From an uncultured bacterium (lineage in GTDB: Bacteria > Omnitrophota > Omnitrophia > Omnitrophales > Aquincolibacteriaceae), in the NCBI GenBank assembly GCA_964482725.1, contig CAYZYT010000009.1:19832-83831 (forward strand): a stretch of 64,000 nucleotides of DNA, in the 5' to 3' direction. A program made the position numbers and the translations under genes. Under the pieces are notes generated by a model, which did not search any database, was not told where the DNA came from, and was given only the letters and a program-made list of their open reading frames with translations. This document shows, in pieces, positions 17,359 to 26,769 of the stretch (position 1 is its first letter; every line of letters begins with the position of its first letter).

Positions 17359-17566
17359 TTGAACAAATTGTCCGGCAAGGGTTATGAAGCCCGTATGGGT
17401 GAGGGTGACGGCAACGTAAAAGCAAAAAGACGCAAGACGTAACCGTAAAACGAAACGGGCATCGTAACCGAAAGTTGTGGGCGCTCCGGGATCAAGGGAT
17501 GTGCGTTTTTTTCTGCAAAAAGATGTATTCCTTACGCTTTGAAACTTCAATGGGTGCCGAAACATT

Positions 17567-18685
17567 ATGAAGATCCTGCATATGACGACCCACCTCAATA
17601 CCGGGGGTATTACCACGTATATCCGGACTTTGGCGGGAGAACAGGTCAAGGCTGGGCATGATGTGTTCATCTGGGGCGCCCGCGGGATATGTTCGGAGGA
17701 TCTGAGAACCCAGGGAATCACGGTCTTAGACGATGTCCTGCGTTTTAAAAGCGAGCTTTCTCCGAGGCTTTGGCTCGCGTTGCCCAAACTGATCCATGTC
17801 CTGAAGACCCACTCCATCGATATCGTTCACACGCATACTCGCGTGACCCAGGTGCTCATGGCCGGAGCGACCTTTTTTATTAAAATCCCCTTTGTCTCGA
17901 CGGCGCATATGTTCTACAAACGTCGTTTGGGCCGCCGTCTTTTTCCATGTTGGGGGAAAGCGATCATTGCTATCTCCAAAGTCATGGAAGCAGGGTTGCG
18001 GACGATCTTTAAGGGGGAAAAAATGCCTCCCGTCACCGTGGTGGAGAACGGGATCGATGTGGAGAAGTTGCGCGCGCAGTTTGACGCGGTCGATCGTGAC
18101 AAGGTCCGGGAAAGTTATGGGTATCGGAAAGAGGATCTTGTGATTTTGTCTCTTTCCCGATTGATCCCCGCTAAGGGAGTTCACTTTCTGATCGAGGCTT
18201 TCGCGGTGGCGCATCAAGAGGCCCCGGAATTAAAATTGCTCATCGCGGGCGACGGAGATCCGGATTACACCCAAGGACTGCGGGCTCGCGTTACGGCATT
18301 GCGCCTTGAAGAGGCCGTGCTTTTTGCCGGGAATGAACTCGAGATCGGAAAACCATTGCGTGCCGGGGATTTTTTTGCGGCGCCGTATCTTTGGCCGGAG
18401 GCTTTCGGACTGTCCGTGTTGGAGGCTATGGCGGTCGGATTGCCCGTGGCGGGATCGATCTCCGGGGCGATCGTGGATCTTTTAGGCCATGGGGAATATG
18501 GCCTGCTCTTCGAAAGCGGGAATATCGCTGACCTTGCCTCCTGCCTTCTTCGCTACGGGAAGGACGCGTCGTTACGTTCCCAAATGGGGGCAGCGGCTTG
18601 CAAGGCTGCCAGGGAATACACCTCCGTTAAGATGTGCGAACGTATCCAGAAGGTCTATGAAAATGTTCTCCGGGAAAAAATATGA
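17567..18685 (+). CDS. Glycosyltransferase family 4 (GT-B)
   Basis: MKILHMTTHLNTGGITTY..., E-x7-E region EAMAVGLPV, ~370 aa. Confidence 0.75.
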   Translation: MKILHMTTHLNTGGITTYIRTLAGEQVKAGHDVFIWGARGICSEDLRTQGITVLDDVLRFKSELSPRLWLALPKLIHVLKTHSIDIVHTHTRVTQVLMAGATFFIKIPFVSTAHMFYKRRLGRRLFPCWGKAIIAISKVMEAGLRTIFKGEKMPPVTVVENGIDVEKLRAQFDAVDRDKVRESYGYRKEDLVILSLSRLIPAKGVHFLIEAFAVAHQEAPELKLLIAGDGDPDYTQGLRARVTALRLEEAVLFAGNELEIGKPLRAGDFFAAPYLWPEAFGLSVLEAMAVGLPVAGSISGAIVDLLGHGEYGLLFESGNIADLASCLLRYGKDASLRSQMGAAACKAAREYTSVKMCERIQKVYENVLREKI

Positions 18686-19374
18686 AGAAATTGATCCCGA
18701 TCCTCGCCTATCACAGCCTCGATCCCGATCGGTTTCAGAATAAGCTTGCGATTAGTGCCGATCTTTTTCGGAAACAGATGGTTTGGCTCAATCAAAATCG
18801 ATGTCAGGGGATAGGGCTTGAGACGTGTGCGAAACGGTCTTGGCGGGAAAATTTTTGGGAGCGTAAAGTCGCGATCACATTCGACGATGGTTATCTGGAT
18901 AACTACCAGCGTGCTTTCCCCATTCTCAAAGAATTCGGGTTTTCGGCAGCTTTTTTTGTGACCCCGGAGTCTGTAGGGAAGCAAGGCTTCATGACCTGGG
19001 AGATGCTTCGCGAGATGGCGGCCGTGCCCGGGATCGAGATCGGAAGCCACTCTCTTGAGCACAAGCCGCTTTCCGATATTCCCGAACAAGAAGCCTGGAC
19101 TTCCCTGGTGGCTTCTAAGAAGATCCTGGAAGATAAACTCGGCCGCGAAATAAAGGGGATCTCTTATCCGTGCGGTTCCTTTAATGAAAGGGTTGTTGAA
19201 ATGGCCCGTGGCGCGGGGTATGCCTATGGTTGTGCGGCAAGTCATGTGCATGACCGGAAATTCATTGGAAATCCCTATCTTTTGAGGCGTATCAAGATCT
19301 CCGCTTCCTCGGGCTCCCACCTCGCTTTCAGCCTCCGTCTTTCCGGTTTCTATCACTTCTTCGGAAGACCCTGA
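18682..19374 (+). CDS. Polysaccharide deacetylase (NodB homology)
   Basis: ITFDDGYLDNYQRAFPILKEFGFSAAFFV; ATGA overlap with upstream GT4 gene. Confidence 0.75.
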   Translation: MKKLIPILAYHSLDPDRFQNKLAISADLFRKQMVWLNQNRCQGIGLETCAKRSWRENFWERKVAITFDDGYLDNYQRAFPILKEFGFSAAFFVTPESVGKQGFMTWEMLREMAAVPGIEIGSHSLEHKPLSDIPEQEAWTSLVASKKILEDKLGREIKGISYPCGSFNERVVEMARGAGYAYGCAASHVHDRKFIGNPYLLRRIKISASSGSHLAFSLRLSGFYHFFGRP

Positions 19375-19427
19375 ACTTTCCGGCATGACGCCCAAGTCTT
19401 TATTTTATATTCATCCATGGCGACTTG

Positions 19428-19477
19428 GGCAGTCCCAATACTTATCAATTTCAGCGAAGCAGAAATTGGGGCAGTCC
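19428..19477 (+). repeat. Dispersed copy of 12-bp-stem hairpin family (GGCAGTCCCAAT-N25-ATTGGGGCAGTCC)
   Basis: Same arms and loop start (ACTTATCAAT) as the tandem triple at 44808..45029. Confidence 0.6.
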
Positions 19478-19551
19478 AAACTGCCGTTTTGGAAAAGAAA
19501 TGAAAAGTTTGGACAGCCATGCTCAATCGTCTATTTTTACAAAAGAGGATT

Positions 19552-20634
19552 ATGACGAAACAAAAGCGCAAATCCATCGTGGTCGGGATGTCAGGCGGTG
19601 TGGATTCCTCCATGGCGCTCGTGCTTCTGAAAGAAAAAGGTTGGGACCCCGTCGGTGTTTCGCTCAAATATCCCGTCTGGAAGGATGAGGCGAATTGTTT
19701 GCGGGAGAACGTCTGCTGCAGCACGGAATCCTTTGAGATTGCTGCGAGCGTTTGCAAGAAACTCGATGTTCCTTACCACATTTTCGATGTCTCGCGCGAT
19801 TTCAAAAAAGAGGTTATCGATTATTTTCTGGATCGGTTGCGCGATCATAAGACCCCGAATCCCTGCGTGATGTGCAACCGGCATCTCAAATTCAAGAAGC
19901 TTCTGGAATGGGCCAAACGACACGGCATGGATCATGTGGCGACCGGGCATTATGCCCGGGTTCGCAAGAATCTGAAGACCCGGAAATTCGAACTTCGTGC
20001 GAGCCAAGATGAGAATAAGGATCAGACTTATTCACTCAGTTTTCTTTCGCAGGAGCAACTCCGTCACATCGTGCTTCCGCTTGGGGATTACACCAAATCC
20101 GAGATCTACCGGATGGCCGAGGACCATGGCTTCGAGATCTTCCTCAAGCGTAAACAAAGCCAGGATTTTTGTTTCGTCTCCGGAAATGCGATGGAGCCGT
20201 TCCTTGCCAAGGAGATCGGGAGGAACGAAGGCGAGGTTCGGGATGACTTGGGGCAGGTGATCGGCAAACATCAGGGGCTTCATTTTTACACCGTGGGCCA
20301 GCGCAAAGGGCTCGGTTTTTCCGGCGGGCCTTTTTTTGTGACGGGGTCTGATGTGAGCGGTAATATTCTTAAGGTGACCCGTGATGAGAAAAATCTTCTG
20401 AGTCGCGAATTACTCCTGGCCCCTTGCAATTTTATCGGTGGAATGCCCAAGCGCTCTCTGCGCGTCAAGGCGAAAATCCGGTATCGTCAGGAGGCGGCTG
20501 CCGCTGTGCTGCAGCCTCTTTCCGGGAAAAAAGCGAGGATCGTTTTTGATAAACCCCAGAGAGCTGTGACCCCCGGCCAGTTTGCCGTGCTTTATCAGAG
20601 GAATGTTTGCCTTGGGGCGGGGGAGATCCTCTAA
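19552..20634 (+). CDS. mnmA: tRNA-specific 2-thiouridylase MnmA
   Basis: SIVVGMSGGVDSSMALVLL PP-loop, CxxC...; start at MTKQKRK (ORF track 19519). Confidence 0.85.
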   Translation: MTKQKRKSIVVGMSGGVDSSMALVLLKEKGWDPVGVSLKYPVWKDEANCLRENVCCSTESFEIAASVCKKLDVPYHIFDVSRDFKKEVIDYFLDRLRDHKTPNPCVMCNRHLKFKKLLEWAKRHGMDHVATGHYARVRKNLKTRKFELRASQDENKDQTYSLSFLSQEQLRHIVLPLGDYTKSEIYRMAEDHGFEIFLKRKQSQDFCFVSGNAMEPFLAKEIGRNEGEVRDDLGQVIGKHQGLHFYTVGQRKGLGFSGGPFFVTGSDVSGNILKVTRDEKNLLSRELLLAPCNFIGGMPKRSLRVKAKIRYRQEAAAAVLQPLSGKKARIVFDKPQRAVTPGQFAVLYQRNVCLGAGEIL

Positions 20635-20708
20635 AACAGGATAGCGGAGGGAGGATGGCGAGAAACGGCTTGCTCCATTCGCCCTCCGTTATCCGGTATT
20701 GGCATTCA

Positions 20709-20737
20709 TTGACAAGGCCCAGCAAAACGATAATAAT
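20709..20737 (+). promoter_or_regulatory. Sigma70-like promoter (TTGACA-16-TAATAAT) for bactofilin-HTH gene
   Basis: Consensus -35 and AT-rich -10 about 45 nt upstream of ATG 20785. Confidence 0.4.
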
Positions 20738-20784
20738 GAGCGCGTAATTTTTGATCCCCACACTATCTCCAAAGGAGAGCGACC

Positions 20785-21321
20785 ATGGCCAATAATAAAA
20801 AGAAAGAAGATGTCCAGGAGAAGATTCTCGACGTTGATGCGAGCATGCAGGGGACGATCGCGTTCAAGGACCCCGTCAATTTGAGAATCAATGGAAGCTT
20901 TGAAGGCAAGCTCGACACGCGCGGCAATCTCACGATCGGCGAAAATGCCAAGGTGAGCGCGAATATCCACGGCGATAATATCGTGATCGCCGGAAAAGTT
21001 TCCGGGGACGTTTTTGCGACACGAAGTCTCTCCATCCTTGGGACGGCGACCCTCAAAGGGAATCTTACCACTCCGCGTTTGAGCATCGGAGAAGGCGCGA
21101 TCCTTCAGGGGCTTGTGAATATGCAAGGTGTGAGCGCTCCAGACGGGTCGGATGTTTTTCTGACCTTGAAGGACGTGGCGCAGTATCTGGAGGTGGAGGC
21201 CCGTATTATCGAAGAATGGGCCAACTCCAAGAAGATCCCCGCGCGTCTTGATAATGGTCACTGGATTTTCACCAAGGCCGAGGTCGATCAGTGGATCCAG
21301 CAGGAGCGGGCCCGGGTCTAA
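20785..21321 (+). CDS. Bactofilin domain fused to C-terminal excisionase-type HTH (HTH_17) DNA-binding domain
   Basis: Beta-helical bactofilin repeats (GSFEGKLDTRGNLTIGENAKVSANIHGDNIVIAGKVSGDV) + LTLKDVAQYLEVEARIIEEWANSKKIPARLDNGHWIF. Confidence 0.65.
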   Translation: MANNKKKEDVQEKILDVDASMQGTIAFKDPVNLRINGSFEGKLDTRGNLTIGENAKVSANIHGDNIVIAGKVSGDVFATRSLSILGTATLKGNLTTPRLSIGEGAILQGLVNMQGVSAPDGSDVFLTLKDVAQYLEVEARIIEEWANSKKIPARLDNGHWIFTKAEVDQWIQQERARV

Positions 21322-21400
21322 GCTCTTACGTCTCGATCCCGGAGTTTTTGCCTTCGCATACAAGGAACATTTCTTTTCGCCCTAAGGCGGTGGACCTATC

Positions 21401-21709
21401 ATGAATAACATGCTGACCCTCGACGAAGTGAAGAATTTTCTTGAGGTTGAACAACAAGTGATCGAAAAGTTCATCCAGGATGATGTCCTTCACGCCTATA
21501 AGATCGGCGGGGTGTATATCCGCTTTCGAAAAGAAGAGGTCCTCGGTCTTAAATATGATGTCCTGATTAAGAAAAAAAAGGCCGGGGCTTCCGGTTCCTT
21601 CTGGCAGCAGCTGCTGGATTTTTGGCGCTTTAATAATTTTTACATTATCTGCGTTTTGATCATCTTAGCCTTGGGTTATTGGTTCCTTCGCACCACGGTA
21701 TCCTCTTAA
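21401..21709 (+). CDS. HTH_17 (excisionase-family) DNA-binding domain protein with C-terminal TM helix
   Basis: LTLDEVKNFLEVEQQVIEKFIQDDVLHAYKIGGVYIRF + ...FYIICVLIILALGYWFL. Confidence 0.55.
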   Translation: MNNMLTLDEVKNFLEVEQQVIEKFIQDDVLHAYKIGGVYIRFRKEEVLGLKYDVLIKKKKAGASGSFWQQLLDFWRFNNFYIICVLIILALGYWFLRTTVSS

Positions 21710-21719
21710 GGCGGCGCTT

Positions 21720-22103
21720 TTGAAGATCCTTCAGGGAATCGATCTGGTCAAGGTTGAGCGGATGGAAAAGATGATCGAGCGCTCGTCCGGGAAGGCGTTC
21801 CTGGACCGCGTCTTTAGCGTTGCGGAACAAAGCTACTGCGGTTCGAAGCGCATGAAATGCGAGCATTACGCGGCCCGCTTTGCCGCCAAAGAGGCGGTTC
21901 TGAAGGCTTTGAAGGTTCGACCGAAGAAGAACCAGCGGCTTTCCGGTATCGAAGTCGGGCGCGAAGCGACCGGAAAACCCTTTATTATCCTGAACCCGAA
22001 GAGTCGCAAACAGCTCCGTATCCCGGCGCAAGCGCAGATCGAGCTATCGATCGCGCATGAACATGAATATGCGATCGCGACGGTCGTGATCGTGATCCCT
22101 TAG
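21720..22103 (+). CDS. acpS: Holo-ACP synthase (4'-phosphopantetheinyl transferase) AcpS, TTG start
   Basis: ILQGIDLVKVERMEKMIERSSGKAFLDRVFSVAEQ...FAAKEAVLKAL. Confidence 0.8.
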   Translation: MKILQGIDLVKVERMEKMIERSSGKAFLDRVFSVAEQSYCGSKRMKCEHYAARFAAKEAVLKALKVRPKKNQRLSGIEVGREATGKPFIILNPKSRKQLRIPAQAQIELSIAHEHEYAIATVVIVIP

Positions 22104-22116
22104 GCGAAAGAAAAAA

Positions 22117-22890
22117 ATGAAACAGAAAACACTCATCATCAATGCGGATGATTGCAACCTGACTTCCCAGGTCACCGAAGCTATTCTGAAGGCTCACGAG
22201 AACGGGATCGTGACCAGTACGACCTTTTTGATCAACCTGCCGGCGGGAACCGACGTGGTCCGGGAGCTTTTGGCCCGGAAAAAACTCGGGATCGGACTTC
22301 ACTTGAATGTGACGCTCGGGAAACCGGTGGCCAAGCCGGAACTTGTGAGATCGCTTCTTCAGAAGGACGGACGCTTCAAGAAAAAAGATCAATATTCTGC
22401 AAAAAAGCTTCCGCCTGTTTCCGAGATCACGGAAGAATTCAAAGCCCAGCTCCAGAAATTCGTCAAGACCTTCAAACGATTGCCGACCCATGTGGATGTT
22501 CATCATCACATGCACGATTTCCGGCCTTTTCTGGAAGCGCTTGCGACGGTCGCCGGGAAGCATGATCTTCCCATTCGCTGGACGCGGCTTTTGACCGAAC
22601 CGGAGATCAGGACTGCGCATAAGGATATCAAGACCACCGACCATTTTTATGGGAACATCGACCCGCATACGTTCTGGACGGAGGAAGTGTTGAGGCATTT
22701 GCTTTTCACGCTTCCGGAGGGGACCAGCGAGATCATGTGCCATCCGGGGTGGGTGGACGATGAGCTTTGCGCCATCAGTTCGCTGACGATCCCTCGTGAG
22801 AGAGAATACCAGCTTTTCAGTTTGAAGGAACTACGCCGGTATGTGGACCATCTCGGGATCAAATTGACGCATTTTGGGGCGCTGAAGTAA
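22117..22890 (+). CDS. YdjC/ChbG-family carbohydrate deacetylase
   Basis: LIINADDCNLTSQVTEAILKAHENGIVTSTTFLINLP ... HVDVHHHMH. Confidence 0.75.
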   Translation: MKQKTLIINADDCNLTSQVTEAILKAHENGIVTSTTFLINLPAGTDVVRELLARKKLGIGLHLNVTLGKPVAKPELVRSLLQKDGRFKKKDQYSAKKLPPVSEITEEFKAQLQKFVKTFKRLPTHVDVHHHMHDFRPFLEALATVAGKHDLPIRWTRLLTEPEIRTAHKDIKTTDHFYGNIDPHTFWTEEVLRHLLFTLPEGTSEIMCHPGWVDDELCAISSLTIPREREYQLFSLKELRRYVDHLGIKLTHFGALK

Positions 22891-22900
22891 AAGACAAATT

Positions 22901-22974
22901 GTCATTCTGAGGAGCGGAGTGACGAAGAATCTGTTGTGAGATCCTTCTCCCGCTACGGCGGGATCAGGATGATG
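22901..22974 (+). repeat. Nested palindromic element (GTCATTCTGAG family), intergenic copy between convergent genes
   Basis: GTCATTCTGAG..CGAAGAATCT-GTTGTG-AGATCCTTC..TCAGGATGATG. Confidence 0.7.
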
Positions 22975-22982
22975 CTATCGCA

Positions 22983-23174
22983 TCACTTGACGATCGTGCC
23001 GTCAAGCGTCTCGAAGATGATGGTGACGAGATTGTGGCACTTGGGACATTTGATCTGTTTGAAGGCCTGGATATTGTCGTGTTTGGGTCGGTACATGATC
23101 GAGAGGATTTTGGTAACGAAGGTGGCTTCACTGCCGGACCATTGACATGCGGGACAGTTATAAGCTGATTTCAT
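22983..23174 (-). CDS. Small zinc-ribbon protein (CPACQW...CPKCH)
   Basis: GAGGT RBS 5 nt upstream of internal Met22 of track ORF 22983..23237; two CxxC pairs. Confidence 0.45.
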   Translation of the reverse strand: MKSAYNCPACQWSGSEATFVTKILSIMYRPKHDNIQAFKQIKCPKCHNLVTIIFETLDGTIVK

Positions 23175-23389
23175 CGGTACCTCGTGTTGGTGTTTGATAA
23201 CCTTCGTTGTGTACGTGTTACAGTACGTAAAAATCATCGGCTTGGGCGCTTAAAAACTTTACCCCGCCGTCGCAAAAAGCCCATTTGTCTTGGCGGGGTT
23301 TCGCCGAAGCTGGAGATGCCACGGTCATAAGGCCGTGAAGCTCAAAATGTGTTTGTCTAAGCAGTTCCTCAAAGGATCCGGAGGGTGTC

Positions 23390-23731
23390 GTGAGAGTTCG
23401 AATGACCGGTCTTATGCTCGTAGGGATGTTTTGCCTCGTCTTGAGTCCTGCCTGTCTTGCGCAGGAGCAAGGGTATTTTGCTCAAATGGGGCAGGCCCTT
23501 AGCCGAGGTGTCAAGAATATCGTCAGTTTTCCCTTGGAGATTCCCGCGACGATCGCTAAACATGACAGGGAAGATGACGGGAACACCCGCGTTTTCCGGG
23601 ATGCTGCTGGCTTTGTGGATGGAACCTTTCGAGCTGTGACAAGGCTGGGCTGCGGTATTTGGGACGTTCTTTTTTCCGTGGTGCCCGGGCAGCAAGATGA
23701 GCTTCCGTTAACACCCAAGACTTTGTTTTAA
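23390..23731 (+). CDS. Small secreted protein, unknown function
   Basis: Signal peptide MRVRMTGLMLVGMFCLVLSPACLA; precedes paralog cluster. Confidence 0.5.
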   Translation: MRVRMTGLMLVGMFCLVLSPACLAQEQGYFAQMGQALSRGVKNIVSFPLEIPATIAKHDREDDGNTRVFRDAAGFVDGTFRAVTRLGCGIWDVLFSVVPGQQDELPLTPKTLF

Positions 23732-23783
23732 TTTGAAGATTTATCAGATTTTCTTAAAATCCGTTTGTGCCCGGGAGGGAAAG

Positions 23784-24716
23784 ATGTCGAGGATTGCTTT
23801 TTTATGTGCTTTGACGATTTTAACCGGTGCTTTAGCAACGGTTGCCCATGCCGGCAAAGTGGAACTGACGACCTACTATCCCGCGCCGATGGGAGAGTAT
23901 CAAACTTTAAACACAACAGAAAGTGCTTACTTTGCCACCACCTCCGGGAGTGTCGGCATCGGGACGACCACTCCGAATTATGCCGGCTACGGCGGGCGGG
24001 GTCTGACCATCAATTCGCTCGGCCGTGCTTCTTATATCGAACTTTTCAGGAACGAGAACGTGGGGACGGACTCCATGGTCGGCGCGTGGCGGGCCGGGAC
24101 GGATGTGAACTCCGCTATCGCCGGGATCGATTTTTTGACCGGGCACGATGATAAGGCCAAAGGTGCGATTTCATTTAAGGTCTACAAATCGGGAAGTCTT
24201 AGTGACGCAGTGAACGAAGTCATGCGCATTACGGATGATGGAAGCGTCGCTATCAATAATACCCTGACACTGGCTCCGGTCACCGGTGCTGCGAGCGCCC
24301 AATCCGGTGGAACGGCGGGTTCTCTTCGCTACAGCTCAGACGCCGGAGGGGCGGGCATCGGCGGGGTTCTTTATAAGGACGGTTCGGGGTGGCAAAAACT
24401 TTCAAAGCCAGCCCTCGGGAACTGGCTCAACAGTTTTGTGAAAAATACGGTATATCGAGCCAGTGGCGACGGTTTTGTGCTAGCGTCGGTCTATTTTGAC
24501 GGTGGATCTTATGGCCTTCCGGCTGATACTCCTGCATTTCAAGCGTATACGGATTCTAACAGTTCTCCCACGACCATGGTTGTGGGGACAGGTTATGGCG
24601 GCAGGATCGATCTTTTCTCTATGACATTTCCCGTAAAAAAAGGGGATTATTGGAAAGTCGTCTTTTTGGGGAATAGTGTTACTCAACCTACGATATGGTG
24701 GATCCCTCTGGAGTAG
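23784..24716 (+). CDS. Secreted protein, GKVELTTYYPAP-N-terminus family member 1 (tail-fibre-like Gly/Thr-rich body)
   Basis: MSRIAFLCALTILTGALATVAHA|GKVELTTYYPAPMGEYQTL; VGIGTTTPN motif. Confidence 0.65.
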   Translation: MSRIAFLCALTILTGALATVAHAGKVELTTYYPAPMGEYQTLNTTESAYFATTSGSVGIGTTTPNYAGYGGRGLTINSLGRASYIELFRNENVGTDSMVGAWRAGTDVNSAIAGIDFLTGHDDKAKGAISFKVYKSGSLSDAVNEVMRITDDGSVAINNTLTLAPVTGAASAQSGGTAGSLRYSSDAGGAGIGGVLYKDGSGWQKLSKPALGNWLNSFVKNTVYRASGDGFVLASVYFDGGSYGLPADTPAFQAYTDSNSSPTTMVVGTGYGGRIDLFSMTFPVKKGDYWKVVFLGNSVTQPTIWWIPLE

Positions 24717-24895
24717 TTCTTTGCCAGGTTCTGCCGTTGGGCGGAGGGTATGTTCAATGTTTCGGCTCGAGTTTTTTTATCAGGCGTTCTGGAAAAAGAA
24801 AAGCAGGACTATGGCATCCCCTATGCCAGCAGGGAATGTAAACGAAGTTTCGATGGAACAGAATGCTATCCGCATGAGCGGGGAGGAGGCGTGGA

Positions 24896-25393
24896 ATGCT
24901 TAGGAATATTTTTTGGGGCAGCTTGATTGCTTTCGTCTTAACGATGGCGCCTTCCATTTACGCCGGCAAAGTGGAGTTGACCACCTACTATCCCGCGCCG
25001 ATGGGGGAATATCAGGATCTGAAGGCGACGAACAGTGTCGAGGTGGGAACGCCCGCTGTTCCCGGAACCTTCAAATTGGTCGACGGTCATCAGACCAATA
25101 AGTATGTTTTAACTTCGGACGCAAATGGTGTGGGCACTTGGCAGGCCAATAGCGCTTCCCCCGCGGGTTGGACATGCGGCGTGGTGTCGGCGACCCAACA
25201 CATGACCGCGGCTTATTCCAATTTTACAGTATGGTGTCCTGTTCCAAGAAAGCCTATTTCCGGCGGGATGAGGGGGTGGACTGAATCCCAGATCCTTATG
25301 CCGGTCCAATCGGGAAATCAGTTTGGCTATACGGCGACCAATGGTTCTGCTGTTCCGACTGATATTTCAGTCAACGTTCTTTGCTGCGAATAA
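24896..25393 (+). CDS. Secreted protein, GKVELTTYYPAP-N-terminus family member 2
   Basis: ...APSIYA|GKVELTTYYPAPMGEYQDL; divergent C-terminus. Confidence 0.65.
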   Translation: MLRNIFWGSLIAFVLTMAPSIYAGKVELTTYYPAPMGEYQDLKATNSVEVGTPAVPGTFKLVDGHQTNKYVLTSDANGVGTWQANSASPAGWTCGVVSATQHMTAAYSNFTVWCPVPRKPISGGMRGWTESQILMPVQSGNQFGYTATNGSAVPTDISVNVLCCE

Positions 25394-25480
25394 AGGCCGG
25401 AAGAGACACTGATAAAAGGCCGCATTTTCATGCGCCCGCTTGAGACCGTAAGTTTGGGCGATCGCGGCCACATCCATGCC

Positions 25481-26278
25481 ATGAATCTGAAGCGAACGAG
25501 CCTTCTTTGTTTTTTTCTCCTGAGCGGCATTTTCTCGCCGCCTGTTTTTTCAGCCCCGATGATTTCTCCTCCCGCGAAGGCGTTTTCTTCTCGCCCCTCG
25601 AGTGATCTACCTTATTTAACGCTCGTCTTTATGCCCTTGCATTATGCGAAACCGTCCGCGTTTCGACAGGATGTCGATACCCTTTTCGCTGAGTTAAAAA
25701 AAGAGCCCCCTTTCAATAAGTTTGACAGACTCAGGATCTATTTGCTGGAAGAGTCCTCTTCGGACGAGGAATTTTTCCGGAAGACAGACGCCTTTCCTTT
25801 TCTGGAACCCAAAAGAGATTTCTTGGATCAGCTGAGTCTGATGCTCGGGGGTCCTTATAAATTGATCGTTCTGGATCAGAAGGGAAGTGCCACGGGCGCG
25901 CAGTTGTCGGATTTATCACACGTGTCGGTGATCATCCTTGGCCGGAAGGTTTCTTCGGGGGATTCCGGATTTTCATGTGCTTTTCTGCATGAAATTGGGC
26001 ATAGCCTTGGCTTGCGTGAGGAAGGGGCTTTTAGCAGCGAACCGGTCGTTCCGGGTCCGCCCAATTGCGCTATCGACCGAGCGACGGCTGAAAAATGGTG
26101 GGGCGACATGGTGCCTCAGGACAAACGCGTCGGCTATTTTGAATTTGAGGCCGGAGGGAAAAAATTTATCAAACCGACGCGTTATTCCGTGATGTCGAAC
26201 TCTGCTCGGTTTGGATCCTACGGACCGGTGAACGAGCGGTATTTGCGGACGATCCTGGATGGCCCTAAGCAGAGTTAA
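25481..26278 (+). CDS. Secreted zinc metallopeptidase (HEIGHSLGL)
   Basis: Signal peptide MNLKRTSLLCFFLLSGIFSPPVFSA; AFLHEIGHSLGLRE HExxH motif. Confidence 0.55.
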   Translation: MNLKRTSLLCFFLLSGIFSPPVFSAPMISPPAKAFSSRPSSDLPYLTLVFMPLHYAKPSAFRQDVDTLFAELKKEPPFNKFDRLRIYLLEESSSDEEFFRKTDAFPFLEPKRDFLDQLSLMLGGPYKLIVLDQKGSATGAQLSDLSHVSVIILGRKVSSGDSGFSCAFLHEIGHSLGLREEGAFSSEPVVPGPPNCAIDRATAEKWWGDMVPQDKRVGYFEFEAGGKKFIKPTRYSVMSNSARFGSYGPVNERYLRTILDGPKQS

Positions 26279-26424
26279 TTCCGTGTCTTGCGGTTGTTTC
26301 TCTCGCGGTTATTTATTTAGTAAAGGGCTTCACGCTTTCCTTGTAAAACCCTCTCATCTTAAGTAGAATACCGCCTCTTGCGACTTCGGAAGACAGACGG
26401 TTTTTTGAATGAAATGATTTTTTT

Positions 26425-26500
<76 letters not shown>

Positions 26501-26522
26501 ATTCTCAATGAATGGGTGCCAC

Positions 26523-26570
26523 GCCGTCAGGACTTCCTTGAGTCCTGACGGCGACGGCATCATTTTTTTG
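26523..26570 (+). terminator. Hairpin + T7 terminator between tRNA-Ala and tRNA-Leu
   Basis: GCCGTCAGGACT-TCCTTG-AGTCCTGACGGC ... CATTTTTTTG. Confidence 0.6.
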
Positions 26571-26581
26571 TTCTGTGCCGT

Positions 26582-26665
26582 GCGGGGATGGCGGAACTGG
26601 CAGACGCACTGGACTCAAAATCCAGCGGTAGCAATACCATGAGAGTTCGACTCTCTCTCTCCGCA
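26582..26665 (+). tRNA. tRNA-Leu (anticodon CAA), long variable arm, CCA not encoded
   Basis: GCGGGGATGGCGGAACTGGCAGACGCA-CTGGA-CTCAAAA-TCCAG-CGGTAGCAATACCAT-GAGAGTTCGACTCTCTC-TCTCCGCA; aligns with E. coli tRNA-Leu(CAA). Confidence 0.85.
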
Positions 26666-26769
26666 GTATTTCATATTTCGTCCAGCGCATATCGTATTTC
26701 GTATATCGAAAAAAATCGCGCGTAGATTTTTACGACATGCGAGGCACGAATAACGACATACGGTCTCCT

